Position numbers and translations under genes: made by a program. Source: Candidatus Ozemobacteraceae bacterium (lineage in GTDB: Bacteria; Muiribacteriota; Ozemobacteria; Ozemobacterales; Ozemobacteraceae). From it: DNA of 64,000 nucleotides. Of this stretch, positions 1 to 10,226 are shown one piece after another; positions within the stretch are counted from its first letter, which is position 1, and each line of letters begins with the position of its first letter. The notes under the pieces are model-generated. The model did not search any database and was not told where the DNA came from. It worked only from the letters and a program-made list of their open reading frames with translations. The stretch lies in assembly GCA_965140445.1 (NCBI GenBank), contig OZ223236.1, forward strand, positions 1,600,001 through 1,664,000. The letters run 5' to 3'.

Positions 1-27
1 TAGAATAACGAATAGTTTGCGTAACAT
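1..27 (-). CDS. 5' end of a gene running off the window (MLRKLFVIL...), probably a signal peptide
   Basis: ATG at 27-25 preceded by GGAGAAGG; only 9 codons visible. Confidence 0.35.
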
Positions 28-189
28 AGTCCTTCTCCTGAATGTGTTTATTTTGGTAGCAAACAAGTTAGCACAATTACTGTTTCTATTCCATAGATTA
101 TTGGTGCTTTCTGGTGCATAAACTGCTTCTTATTGACATGAAGTCCTGTAAATAGCATAATTTTTGAAAAGGATTTTGTTGGAGGCTTT

Positions 190-1806
190 ATGACATTACA
201 TTCCACGGTTGAAGATGAAAGCTTTGATCCACTTGATATGCACAATTACCGGATGGAGAACCTTCCGGTCAGAGAGAAAAGCAACCTGGAAAAATGGATA
301 GCAATTATTGGTGCTCCTTTAGCTATCATCGCTTTTATTTTGATTATGTGGGTTATTCCTTTGCCTTTTCTTAAAGGCTTTGATCCTGCTACACTTGGTA
401 AAACTGCAAAAGCAGCTTTTGAAAAGTTGGGACCAGAAGCTTTTGGAAGAACCAACATTGCCATGTTTGCGGTTTTTGTTTCATCGGTAATTTTGTGGAT
501 GACCGAGGCAATTCCCAACTATCTCACCTCATTGATTCTTATTATTACATTGGTTCTAACTGGAGTTCTTCCAGAGAAACAGGCATATGCTCAGCTTGGG
601 CATGAAATAATGTGGCTCAACATTCTTTCGTTTATTCTTGCTTCCATGCTTGTTGCAACGGGTGCGGCGAAAAGATTTGCTCTCTGGTTTATTGTAAAAT
701 ATGGCAAGAACGCCACCTCGATTTTTATGTCTTTTATCCTTATAAACGTTGTTCTTTCTGCTTTTATTTCAGCAACTACGGCTAAAGCAGCTATTCTCCT
801 GCCGATCTTTATGGTTGTTGCTGCTGTTTACGGCGCAACGGGGGGTAAACATAAAAACAATTTTGGACGAAACATTGTTTTACAAAACCTTTTCTGTATA
901 AATATTGGGGCGGGTGCGTTTGTTACTGGATCAGGAGCAAATTTACTTGCCGCTTCACTAATAGCTGGAGCAATGGGTAAAGGCTTCTTTTTCCAGGATT
1001 GGCTAATCGTGGCGTTTCCCGTTTCCGTAACCTTGCTCTTTGTGGGGTGGTTTGTGGGAACCAGAATTATCTTTCCGCTTTCAGAAGATGAAAAAACTCC
1101 GCATATTGAAGGCGGTATGGAAGCCCTCAAAGCAGAACTTGATAAGCTTGGCCCAATCGCTTTTCAAGAGGTAAAAGCAATTGGACTCTTTGTTTTAATT
1201 CTTATTCTTTGGGCCACTGACAAGTATCATGGAGTAAGCGCAACGGCCGTTGCTTTCTTGGGAGCTATTGTGGCTCTTCTACCCGGGATAGGGGTAGTCA
1301 AGTGGAATGAAGTTGATATCCCATGGCATCTGATGCTATTTTCTGCTGGTGCATATACTCTTGGAGCTGGATTTAAGGCTACTGATCTTCCGGCAATTAC
1401 CGTTAATGCCTTCTTCTCTGCCATGGGGCTTGGAAACGATACGCCTTTCTGGGTGCTCTATCTTGTATTGACTGGTTGTATGATATTCAGTGCCCTTGTT
1501 TTCCAGTCTAAAACTATGAGAACCATGATTTTTGTTCCAATAGCGATTGGTGTTGCTAAAAGATATGGCTTTGAAATTCTTAGCCTCGCACTTCCTGTGG
1601 CACTGCTTATTGAACACGTCTATGTGTTGCCATTTAACAGCAAACCTGCATTGCTTTTGTATTCTACTGACCAATATAGCTTCAGCGATACCTTCAAGTT
1701 TGGATTTACAATGATGGTAATTGGCTGGATAACAATTATTGTGATGGGGGAAACATATTATCGATTTCTGGGATACTGTCCAAATGGGGTATTTGGATTA
1801 TTCTAA
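190..1806 (+). CDS. DASS/SLC13 family sodium:dicarboxylate/sulfate symporter
   Basis: 538 aa with many TM helices, LWMTEAIP, SATTAKAAILLPI and a C-terminal LPFNSKP motif; RBS GGAGG at 181. Confidence 0.88.
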   Translation: MTLHSTVEDESFDPLDMHNYRMENLPVREKSNLEKWIAIIGAPLAIIAFILIMWVIPLPFLKGFDPATLGKTAKAAFEKLGPEAFGRTNIAMFAVFVSSVILWMTEAIPNYLTSLILIITLVLTGVLPEKQAYAQLGHEIMWLNILSFILASMLVATGAAKRFALWFIVKYGKNATSIFMSFILINVVLSAFISATTAKAAILLPIFMVVAAVYGATGGKHKNNFGRNIVLQNLFCINIGAGAFVTGSGANLLAASLIAGAMGKGFFFQDWLIVAFPVSVTLLFVGWFVGTRIIFPLSEDEKTPHIEGGMEALKAELDKLGPIAFQEVKAIGLFVLILILWATDKYHGVSATAVAFLGAIVALLPGIGVVKWNEVDIPWHLMLFSAGAYTLGAGFKATDLPAITVNAFFSAMGLGNDTPFWVLYLVLTGCMIFSALVFQSKTMRTMIFVPIAIGVAKRYGFEILSLALPVALLIEHVYVLPFNSKPALLLYSTDQYSFSDTFKFGFTMMVIGWITIIVMGETYYRFLGYCPNGVFGLF

Positions 1807-1823
1807 CCAGTTCTCTAAAAACA

Positions 1824-1857
1824 AAAACGGGCTATCCGACAATGGGTAGCCCGTTTT
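1824..1857. terminator. Bidirectional intrinsic terminator between convergent genes
   Basis: AAAACGGGCTATCC-6 nt-GGGTAGCCCGTTTT hairpin. Confidence 0.8.
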
Positions 1858-1867
1858 ATTAGAAGTT

Positions 1868-2752
1868 TTATTTTGCCTGATAAACCATTCCAGTTTTCGT
1901 TTGGGTAGAGTTAATAAATTTTTCCCCACGTTTAACCAGATCAACAAAGAATGTTTCGATATCATTTGGGTTTTTTACTGTTTGACGAAACTTTTTGCCA
2001 GCTAATTTTATCTTGAAAGAAAATTCAGCTGCAAAAGGTTTTTCTTCACCTTTTTTGTACCAGAAAGAAAACAAGGTTTTAGTTTTCTTTTCTCCAAAAT
2101 ACAATGCTCCGGATTGGATTCTCTTTTCTGTTACAATAAGGCTGTTTACAGGAACAATTCCAGATTTTGGATTTAGACCCACAACTGTAAAAAGTGGAAA
2201 AAACTTTGAAATTTCAGCAATGTTTGAAGGCGCTTGCTCGAAACCAAAAACTTTTCCAGATTTGGAAAACATTGAATGCGGGGTTCCAACCTTCACAACC
2301 ACGTCTTCTTCTGTTGAAAGGTCATTGGAAAAGTCTTCAGAAGGATTTACAGGAGCAACTAGAGTGGATTCTTTATCTGTTGCCCTGAACTTTAGAGTTA
2401 GCTCGGAATCAGTTTTTCCTGCTATCAGGCCTGTATTTTTGTCAGGAGAAATTTCTTCGCCGCGAACTCTAAGAATAAATCCTTTTTTGTAGAGATCAAA
2501 TTTTGCAGTGTCCATGAAACAAATTTCACGATTCTGGAGTTTTTTTTCACCAAACTTACTTTTGATTTTATTATCCTTAGCTACTTTATCAACAAGATCC
2601 CAGAACATTTTGCAACCTTTGTTAAGAGAAGCAAAATTTTCAGTGTGAAGCAGGATTTTAAACTCACGAGAATCAGTATTGTTAGATTTTGCGGCAAAAG
2701 TGCATGGTAAAATTAAGCCGATCAATAGAACCGCTAAAATTATTCTCTTCAT
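1868..2752 (-). CDS. Exported CYTH-like (triphosphate tunnel fold) protein
   Basis: Signal peptide MKRIILAVLLIGLILPCTFA; REFK, FMDT..LYKKGFILRVR, LTLKFR and AEFSFK segments resemble CYTH strands. Confidence 0.55.
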   Translation of the reverse strand: MKRIILAVLLIGLILPCTFAAKSNNTDSREFKILLHTENFASLNKGCKMFWDLVDKVAKDNKIKSKFGEKKLQNREICFMDTAKFDLYKKGFILRVRGEEISPDKNTGLIAGKTDSELTLKFRATDKESTLVAPVNPSEDFSNDLSTEEDVVVKVGTPHSMFSKSGKVFGFEQAPSNIAEISKFFPLFTVVGLNPKSGIVPVNSLIVTEKRIQSGALYFGEKKTKTLFSFWYKKGEEKPFAAEFSFKIKLAGKKFRQTVKNPNDIETFFVDLVKRGEKFINSTQTKTGMVYQAK

Positions 2753-2756
2753 GTGA

Positions 2757-3224
2757 CTACTTCCAGTTTTTGTAAGGATTTTTAGTCAAATTGGAATTAA
2801 AGTAGCGAGGGTCGCTAGTGACTTCTTCCCCGACCCAAGCTGGGAGGTCTATTTTCTGATCTTCTGAAGTGAGTTCTACTTCAGCTACAACCAGACCGTC
2901 ATTTTCACCGAAGAACTCGTCAACTTCCCATACTAAACCTGCAAAGTTGATTTTATAGCGATTCTTTTCAATAAGTGGCTGTTCGCAGAGATTGGTAAGC
3001 ATGTCATTTGCTTCGGAAGCAGGGATTTCATATTCATATTCAACTCTTGAAGCGCCTACAGTAATGCCTTTTATCGTTAAATAGCCCTTATCGTCAATGG
3101 TTCTAACGCGAACGGTTCTTTCTTTTACCGTTGAAAGGTAACCCTGGCGGTAGCTGGTGCCCTTTGCAAGGCTTTTCCATTCTGAACCTTTTAACAGATA
3201 TTTTCTTTCAATTTCTTTTCCCAT
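2757..3224 (-). CDS. CYTH domain protein (inorganic triphosphatase / class IV adenylate cyclase-like)
   Basis: EIERKYL, QGYL, VRVR, LTIKG, EKNRY, WEVDEF and AEVEL motifs; ATG 3224 with AGGAGA RBS. Confidence 0.9.
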   Translation of the reverse strand: MGKEIERKYLLKGSEWKSLAKGTSYRQGYLSTVKERTVRVRTIDDKGYLTIKGITVGASRVEYEYEIPASEANDMLTNLCEQPLIEKNRYKINFAGLVWEVDEFFGENDGLVVAEVELTSEDQKIDLPAWVGEEVTSDPRYFNSNLTKNPYKNWK

Positions 3225-3234
3225 TATATTTCTC

Positions 3235-3837
3235 CTATTCTGGAAGAGCTTCCATGCCAATGATTCTTTTTATGGCGCGAAGGTAGTTTACATTTTCATA
3301 TTCTTCAAGGCCAAGCATTTCCTTCGCCTTAAGAATGGCATCAACGTCTGTTGATTCTACGGCAACTGTTTTTATCGAAGCGCCGTTGATGAGAAGTTCA
3401 GCATACTCAGTAATACAATCGTTTACGGTGAAAGCAAATCTTCTTTTTACAACTCGCACTGGACTGAGGTCTTTGTGAGGTCTGATGATTTCATTAATGA
3501 ATTGGTCAAGGGTATATTCTTCTCTTTCAAATTTTGGTGTTTCAACCCCAAATGCTGGAAAAACTTTTTCAGCTATTTCAGAAGCCTTCATCGGGAACTT
3601 TCCCTTCATCCTGGGGTTCCATTGTTCAAGACCTTTTTCACTTGTAACATATACTTTTATGTCCATGAGATCATCACGGATTTTCGTATTGTTTTCGCTA
3701 TTACCAGCTGACATTATATAGATTTCTGAACTTTCACGAATTTGCTCAAGTTTAGAAAGTTTTCGCATTTTCGTTTCAACATTTCCGAAGGTTTGGGCGA
3801 ATGTTCTAAATTCAAATCTAGGTTTAATTTCGTTCAT
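3235..3837 (-). CDS. Divergent CYTH-like protein
   Basis: RFEFRTF, EIYI, KIR..MDIK, KRRFAF, VAVES and NYL in the order of CYTH elements; AAGGAAGG RBS. Confidence 0.55.
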   Translation of the reverse strand: MNEIKPRFEFRTFAQTFGNVETKMRKLSKLEQIRESSEIYIMSAGNSENNTKIRDDLMDIKVYVTSEKGLEQWNPRMKGKFPMKASEIAEKVFPAFGVETPKFEREEYTLDQFINEIIRPHKDLSPVRVVKRRFAFTVNDCITEYAELLINGASIKTVAVESTDVDAILKAKEMLGLEEYENVNYLRAIKRIIGMEALPE

Positions 3838-4020
3838 AATTAATCCTTCCTTAAATAAGATAGACTTATTCTATAAAGAATTCTTGTTCTTAGCAATTAA
3901 TCCTTTTTTGAAAATAGAAGCGCGATAAAAAAACACTTATTATTTTGTAACAATTTTTACTAATCTTGCCGATCTAGGGGACAAATGAAGTTCAAATAAA
4001 GTGGTTTCCAGGAGAAAGTT

Positions 4021-5535
4021 GTGGATATAGAAATTGTATCTAAATCGTTGGTTGACGTATGCGCTCAGACACTAGTTTTAACAGTGTTTGAAGGTGAATC
4101 TAATATTAGTTTCACAGGCCTGGATGAGAAACTCAGCCAGAAAATTCAGGAATTGCTTACCGCAAAAGAGTTAAGCGGAAAATATAAAGAATACACCATG
4201 TTCCATTCTGACGGTTTCAATGCCGCAAGAATCCTTATCATGGGTCTCGGGAAGAGAAAAGACTTCACAATTGAGAGAGTTATGGCCGTTTCGGCTGTTG
4301 CAGCCAGAAATATCCGCCGGGTAAATTTGTCAGATATGGCTATTTTAAACAATTTCCATAAGATGGATATTAAACCGGAAATCAGTACTGCCGCAATTGT
4401 TGAAGGGGTAAATCTTGGGCTGTATAAATTCAAGAAATACACCAAAGAACCACAGGCTGATTATCACACCATGAAAAAGCTCAAGATTGTTCTTGAGAAT
4501 CAGGAAGTAACTGACGAGATCCGCCATGCAGCTAAAAAGGCAGAAGTTCTTTCTGAGTCAACAAATATGGTGAGAGATATGGTTAACGAGCCAGCAAATA
4601 TGCTAACCCCAAGCGTTTTTGCAGAGCGTGCCGTAAAAATTGCCAATGAAAATGGAATCAAAATTACAGTTTATGGAAAAGAAGAGCTTCAAAAAGAAAA
4701 TATGAACGCCTTTCTTGCAGTAAACGCTGGTTCGGTAGAGCCACCCAGAATGGTCATTATGGAAATAATGGCGGGAAAACCTGAAGACAAGGTGCTTGGC
4801 CTGGTAGGAAAGGGCTTAACTTTTGATAGCGGTGGATTAAGCATTAAATCTGCTGAATCAATGTTCCGTATGCATTGTGATATGGCCGGTGGCGCTGCTG
4901 TTTTGGGTGCAATGGAGAGTATTGCAAAAAACAAAGTTCCTGTAAACGTTGTTGCAGTGATTCCATTGACTGAAAACCTTGTTGATGCCCATTCATACAA
5001 AGTTGGAGACGTTCTCACAACTAGAGAAGGACTAACCGTCGAAGTGCTGAATACCGACGCCGAAGGGCGACTGGTGCTTGCTGACGCGCTTTCCTTTATC
5101 AGGTCATACAAAAAAATCGACTATCTAGTAGATATTGCAACCCTTACTGGAGCGGTTGTGAGCGCTTTAGGCCACTTTTGCTCTGGCGTAATGTCTAATA
5201 GTCAGTCACTTTATAGCATGATGGAAATGGCCAGTAGAAGATCTAGTGAGCGTATATGGCCACTTCCGCTGTTTGAAGAATACAAAATGCAGATTTCCAG
5301 TGATATTGCAGATCTTGAAAACTCTGGTGGAAAGCCGGCGGCATCAATTACAGCTGCGATGTTTCTGAAAGAATTTGTTGGTGATATGCCATGGGCTCAC
5401 ATCGACATTGCTGGAACCGCTTATATGGGTGAAAGCACTATTACTTACATGAAGAATCCTTCGTTGCCACGTGAAGGTGGAACCGGCGCGGGAACAAGAC
5501 TGCTCTATTATCTCGCAGAAGTAATAGCCAGCTAG
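4021..5535 (+). CDS. pepA: Leucyl aminopeptidase (M17)
   Basis: VGKGLTFDSGG, NTDAEGRLVLAD, ATLTGA and HIDIAG motifs; GTG start with AGGAG. Confidence 0.95.
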   Translation: MDIEIVSKSLVDVCAQTLVLTVFEGESNISFTGLDEKLSQKIQELLTAKELSGKYKEYTMFHSDGFNAARILIMGLGKRKDFTIERVMAVSAVAARNIRRVNLSDMAILNNFHKMDIKPEISTAAIVEGVNLGLYKFKKYTKEPQADYHTMKKLKIVLENQEVTDEIRHAAKKAEVLSESTNMVRDMVNEPANMLTPSVFAERAVKIANENGIKITVYGKEELQKENMNAFLAVNAGSVEPPRMVIMEIMAGKPEDKVLGLVGKGLTFDSGGLSIKSAESMFRMHCDMAGGAAVLGAMESIAKNKVPVNVVAVIPLTENLVDAHSYKVGDVLTTREGLTVEVLNTDAEGRLVLADALSFIRSYKKIDYLVDIATLTGAVVSALGHFCSGVMSNSQSLYSMMEMASRRSSERIWPLPLFEEYKMQISSDIADLENSGGKPAASITAAMFLKEFVGDMPWAHIDIAGTAYMGESTITYMKNPSLPREGGTGAGTRLLYYLAEVIAS

Positions 5536-5600
5536 GATTTCAAACCTGAGCAATCAGGAAAACATAAAAAGCTTGCAGGATTAGCTTAAGTTTTGGCTTT

Positions 5601-7283
5601 TCAGGGAAGGTATTCGCGATACTCTGGAGACCAAAAGAAGTTTTGAGCTCTTTCTGCAAGTTTTGCTTTATCCGTAATTTTTGAAATTCCTTCGAGGATA
5701 GCTTGTTCTGCTACCGCTGTTGCTACTATATTCGATATTTTTACGGCGTTGGAAAAGTTCGGAAGCAGACGACTGGAAACTGGCTCAGAATTGCCAATAC
5801 CCGCCAGGGCTTTACTTGCCGCCAGCAACATTCCATCAGAAAGAGTTCTGGATTCAGAAATCAGCATCCCAAGCCCGATTCCTGGAAAAGCCAGCGCGTT
5901 ATTACATTGCGATATTTCGTAGACTTTTCCATCAAGATTTACTGCGCCAAATGGGCTTCCAGTAGCAATAAGGGCGTTCCCATCAGTCCATTTGAGAATG
6001 TTTTCCGGAGTGCATTCTGCTTTTGAGGTTGGATTTGAAAGAGGCATGACCAGCGGTTTTTTATTGTATGAATACATTGCGGTGATAACGTCTTGGGTGA
6101 AAGCGCCCGCAACAGTGGATGAGCCAATGAGAATTGTTGGTTGAGCATTAACAATTACTTCCATGAGACCAATGTTATTAGTGCTTTTTACCTGCCAATT
6201 TTTGGTTTCATCTCTGGTTTTTGCGTATGGCTCCTGGAAGAAGAGATTTCCGGGGTCATCCTGAATAATCAGGCCGTTTCTATCAATAAGATAAAATCGT
6301 TTTCTAATCTCCTGCTCTGGCTTTTTCTCAAGAATTGCAAGGGCTTTGCTTATCTGATCAGCGATTCCAACTCCGGCGGTACCCGCGCCGAAGACACAAA
6401 ACTTGTGCTGGTCTATGGGGATTTCGGACTGGCTAATACCAGATAGAATTGCAGCAAGGGCGACAACTCCGGTGCCTTGAATATCATCATTAAAAGATGG
6501 GTGAATATTTCTATATCGATCTAATACTGTTCTTGCATTATCGCGGCCGAAATCTTCCCAGTGGAGAAAGGCTTTTGGAAACCTTGCAGCAAAGGCTTTG
6601 GCAAAGCGATCCATAAATTTATAATATTCATCCCCGCTTATTCTTTTATTTCGCCACCCCAGATAAAGTGGATCGTTGAGGTGCTCTTCATTGTTGGTTC
6701 CCATGTCTAGTTGTATCGGGAGAGTTTTAAATGGGTTTATGGCCCCACAGAGCGTGTAAACCATGAGTTTGCCTATGGCGATGTTTAAGCCGCCAACTCC
6801 CTGATCGCCTATGCCGAGCACGCCTTCGCCATCTGTTACGACAGCTATTTCCAGGCTTCCAGGATCTATACTGTCCAGAATCTTTTCGATTTGGTCCATT
6901 TGTGGGTAAGAAATAATCAGGCCAGAAGGAGAATTGTAATTTTTGCTGAAATTTATTACTGCTTCTCCAATGGTTGGCGTATAGATTATAGGCAGCATTT
7001 CTTGTAGATTTTGAGAAACCAGGGCAAAAAACAGGGTGGCATTTTCGTGGTAAATATCGTTTAAAAACAGGTTCTTATCTAATGGGGTAAGGCGTTGTTC
7101 GTATTGGTGTTTGACCCTGATGATTTGCTCCTTAAGGCTTTCTATACGATTCGGGAGCAGTCCTTCCAGGTTTAAGAAGCGGCGTTCCTGGTTTGAAAAA
7201 GCTGTTCCTTTATTGAATTGGGAATTTTTAAGTATTTGTGGGCCATTCAAACTTGGCGATAATTTTTCTTTTTTTATGGACAT
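5601..7283 (-). CDS. maeA: NAD-dependent malic enzyme
   Basis: FNKGTAF, IIYTPTIG, VTDGEGVLGIGD, FNDDIQGT, GAGTAG and LSNPT motifs. Confidence 0.93.
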   Translation of the reverse strand: MSIKKEKLSPSLNGPQILKNSQFNKGTAFSNQERRFLNLEGLLPNRIESLKEQIIRVKHQYEQRLTPLDKNLFLNDIYHENATLFFALVSQNLQEMLPIIYTPTIGEAVINFSKNYNSPSGLIISYPQMDQIEKILDSIDPGSLEIAVVTDGEGVLGIGDQGVGGLNIAIGKLMVYTLCGAINPFKTLPIQLDMGTNNEEHLNDPLYLGWRNKRISGDEYYKFMDRFAKAFAARFPKAFLHWEDFGRDNARTVLDRYRNIHPSFNDDIQGTGVVALAAILSGISQSEIPIDQHKFCVFGAGTAGVGIADQISKALAILEKKPEQEIRKRFYLIDRNGLIIQDDPGNLFFQEPYAKTRDETKNWQVKSTNNIGLMEVIVNAQPTILIGSSTVAGAFTQDVITAMYSYNKKPLVMPLSNPTSKAECTPENILKWTDGNALIATGSPFGAVNLDGKVYEISQCNNALAFPGIGLGMLISESRTLSDGMLLAASKALAGIGNSEPVSSRLLPNFSNAVKISNIVATAVAEQAILEGISKITDKAKLAERAQNFFWSPEYREYLP

Positions 7284-7408
7284 ATTTTTCTCAAGATTGT
7301 TGATTTATGTGTAGTTTTAACTCTTTTCATTATCATACGGTAATGCTGTTAGATGCAAATATTTACTGTTTAAGTAGTAATTGTGTTTTTTTCCGATCTT
7401 CTAAAATA

Positions 7409-7449
7409 AAATCTCCCCTTTTCATTAATATTTAGAAAAGGGGAGATTT
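7409..7449 (-). terminator. Intrinsic terminator hairpin
   Basis: AAATCTCCCCTTTTC / GAAAAGGGGAGATTT inverted repeat 10 nt after the stop at 7460. Confidence 0.7.
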
Positions 7450-7459
7450 GAACTGTCTT

Positions 7460-7981
7460 TTAGGGTTTAAATTTCCAGGTATCTGCTCCGTCTTGAAACT
7501 TGTAAGGAACAATCTCTTCATTAAGCTTTTTGGTATTCTCAATTACAGCTACAATTTTTTTGATTTTTTCAATCTTTTGCTTGGTAACCGAAGAATTATT
7601 CGCATTTGTTGTTTTCATTGATGGAATTTTTCTGGCATTCATTTTATCAATTGGAGTGTCATAAACGATTCCAGTTATTATTGGTGTTTCCATTGCTTTT
7701 GAGCTTGCTGTGAAAAAACTTCTGGTTGAGCGTTTCCCAATAGTGTTCTTTACGTTAAAACCCATTTTGGTTGAGTCATTAATAACTTCGGAAATAATTT
7801 TATAGAATTTTTGGTTACTTTCAATTTTGTCTTTTATCAAAAGAAGCTCTGTTTCATAAATCTTGTTGGTTTGAGAATTTTTAGCAAAAAATTCCAGTAT
7901 CTCGTTATCAGCTAACTCATTACAAAAAGCTGGAGAAATAAGGACACTAAGTATAATTGTGGCGAGAAATAATCCTCTCAT
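7460..7981 (-). CDS. Hypothetical exported protein
   Basis: 173 aa; signal peptide ending PAFC; AAAGGA RBS. Confidence 0.6.
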   Translation of the reverse strand: MRGLFLATIILSVLISPAFCNELADNEILEFFAKNSQTNKIYETELLLIKDKIESNQKFYKIISEVINDSTKMGFNVKNTIGKRSTRSFFTASSKAMETPIITGIVYDTPIDKMNARKIPSMKTTNANNSSVTKQKIEKIKKIVAVIENTKKLNEEIVPYKFQDGADTWKFKP

Positions 7982-8235
7982 ATTCGGTCTATCCTTTCAA
8001 AATAGTAAGCGAAATTGTAAATGTATGACCTGTATTATAACTCTAATTTTTTTAAATGTCATACAATTGGATTTCACTGATCAATAGGTGGTTTTAGAAT
8101 GTTGTTAATGCTTGATGAAAATGTACTGATTTCAGAATCAATTATTTGTAAGTATTCATGGAATTGGTAAAAAAAGAATTAAAAATTAGTATAATTAAAG
8201 CTCTGAAAATAAAAAAAATGATCCAGGAGAAAACA

Positions 8236-9081
8236 ATGAGAAGACTAATCGGGATTTGTGTCACCTTGTTCTTTATGACGATTATTTGTTCTACTGCGCA
8301 AGCGGATTTGCAGAAGAAAATTTCTTTGGATTTCAAAGACACAGATGTAAGGCAGATATATAAAGTAATAGCTCAGACAATAGATATGGGAATCGTATGC
8401 CAGAAGTCGATAAGGGGACAGGTTACGCTTAATTTAAAAGATGTATCTGCAGAAGATGCATTGGATATGGTTTCCGATTCTTCTGGTTTTACCTGGTTTC
8501 AAAAAGGAAACACCATAGTCGTAACCTATGGCAAGATGCTTCCAGCCAAAACAAAAGTTATAAAACTTAAATACATTGGTGTGGATGATGCGATAAAAAT
8601 CTTATTTAGTGTCATAAAGAAAGACATTAAGGCCGCTTCAGATGAAGAAAATGGAACGCTGGTTATTTACGGAATTGAAGAGGTCTTGAAAAGTGCAGAA
8701 AAGATTCTTTCTGAAATTGACCAGCCACGGGAATTTGTAAAAGGAAAGATAAAAGTATTGCAAGGAAAAAAATCTCTGCATGAAATCGACTTCACAGGGA
8801 AAATAGGCGGAACCATTACAATTAAAGAAAATTTAATGGATAAAATTGAAAATGGAAAAAGCTGTGGTTCTTCTGTAGATATGGCGATTCGTCTTTTGAA
8901 AGCTACCCCAAACGGAGAATACAATTTTGCTGCTCAGATTGGATTAAACAACGCTTTGGATGGCAAAGAAGTAAATAGATTTTTTGAAGTTGAATTCAAA
9001 GCTGAAAAGGGTGGGAGTGTAGAAGTGGTAAAATCACTTGGAACTGATCCTGTCAGCGTATTAATCAGCATAGAAAAGTAG
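8236..9081 (+). CDS. Secretin N-terminal (STN/N0 plus one secretin-N) domain protein lacking the secretin barrel
   Basis: Signal peptide, ISLDFKDTDVR..GQVTLNLKDV, and TKVIKLKY..DEENGTLVI..EIDQP; start at 8236 with AGGAGA. Confidence 0.75.
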   Translation: MRRLIGICVTLFFMTIICSTAQADLQKKISLDFKDTDVRQIYKVIAQTIDMGIVCQKSIRGQVTLNLKDVSAEDALDMVSDSSGFTWFQKGNTIVVTYGKMLPAKTKVIKLKYIGVDDAIKILFSVIKKDIKAASDEENGTLVIYGIEEVLKSAEKILSEIDQPREFVKGKIKVLQGKKSLHEIDFTGKIGGTITIKENLMDKIENGKSCGSSVDMAIRLLKATPNGEYNFAAQIGLNNALDGKEVNRFFEVEFKAEKGGSVEVVKSLGTDPVSVLISIEK

Positions 9082-9088
9082 TGATTAC

Positions 9089-9132
9089 AAGAGTTCGAGA
9101 TTCAGTATCAGAATACTGGATCTCGAACTTTT
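9089..9132. terminator. Bidirectional terminator hairpin
   Basis: AGTTCGAGATTCAGTAT / ATACTGGATCTCGAACT between convergent stops. Confidence 0.75.
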
Positions 9133-9153
9133 AAAGTTTAAGGAAAAGTATTT

Positions 9154-10017
9154 TTAAAGACCGGGCCATGTACGATCATTAATGAATTTTGGATAACCAG
9201 GGTCTGGATCAGCTGTTTTTATGCTGTAGCGAATATATTGGTTCCCTTTGAAAAAATAGATTTTACCTTTTCCGTTATTTACTGCGGCGTCAATTGAATC
9301 CCACAAACCTGGCCAGTTCTGGCTGATAAATTTTGGATAGCCAGATACCGCCTGATCTCTAAGCATGTCGAATTTGATGTATTGGTTCCCCTTAAAAAAA
9401 TAGGCGAACTGATTATCCCATCTTACCGCAGCATCAATATTGGTCCATAGTCCAGGCCAGGTTTTGCTATTAATGAATTTGGGGTAACCGGGCAGAAAGG
9501 CTTTTTCTGTCAGATCATATTTTGTATACATGTTTCCTTTAAACATATAAGCATACCCATTGTACCAACTAACCGCAGCATCAATCTTGTTGTTCCATAA
9601 CCCTCTCCAATAGCGGCTGATAAACGTAGGGTAATTTTGGTCTACTCTATCTCTTGCCACATCGAATCTTGAGTAGATGTCATTCATGAAAAAATACAAC
9701 TTTCCGCGTCGATCTGTGAAAGAAGAGTCTATTTTCCCAATCATGCCAAACCCTTGCTGTGGAACAAAACCACTGGCGGGAGGAAATGGCTGCTGATAGC
9801 CCCTTTGGGGGCCTTGAGGAGAATAACCAGGTTGGGGCGTTGGTGAGGGCTGAGGCGCTGGGTTAGACTTCTTATCTTCGCCAACTAAATCACCAAATAA
9901 TTTATCAATAGCTTTATTTAGCTTTTTTTCTATCTTAGACTCGGCTTTTGCCTGAAGTGGGAAAGAGATTATAATGGCTGCCAGGATTGCAAAAAAAACT
10001 TGAGACTTTTTTTTCAT
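9154..10017 (-). CDS. Exported hemopexin-repeat protein with a Pro/Gln-rich linker
   Basis: Four IDAAV..YFFKG..Y..GYPKFI..WPGL repeats; signal peptide; start chosen from a GGAG RBS. Confidence 0.85.
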   Translation of the reverse strand: MKKKSQVFFAILAAIIISFPLQAKAESKIEKKLNKAIDKLFGDLVGEDKKSNPAPQPSPTPQPGYSPQGPQRGYQQPFPPASGFVPQQGFGMIGKIDSSFTDRRGKLYFFMNDIYSRFDVARDRVDQNYPTFISRYWRGLWNNKIDAAVSWYNGYAYMFKGNMYTKYDLTEKAFLPGYPKFINSKTWPGLWTNIDAAVRWDNQFAYFFKGNQYIKFDMLRDQAVSGYPKFISQNWPGLWDSIDAAVNNGKGKIYFFKGNQYIRYSIKTADPDPGYPKFINDRTWPGL

Positions 10018-10226
10018 TGATTTCTCCATCACAAACGAAGTTTAAAATATGAAAAAGATCATGTTGGATCTTCGTTTAGACTAAATGTTAGCACAAATTT
10101 TCATTTGCTGTCAGACTGTTGCCCATCATGCTGAAGCTCTGTATTTGATTTCTTCAAAATTTTCAAAAATTGATTTGATCAGCATAAGTTGCTATTCTGT
10201 CATTAGAAAGACAACGGGGATAGATT

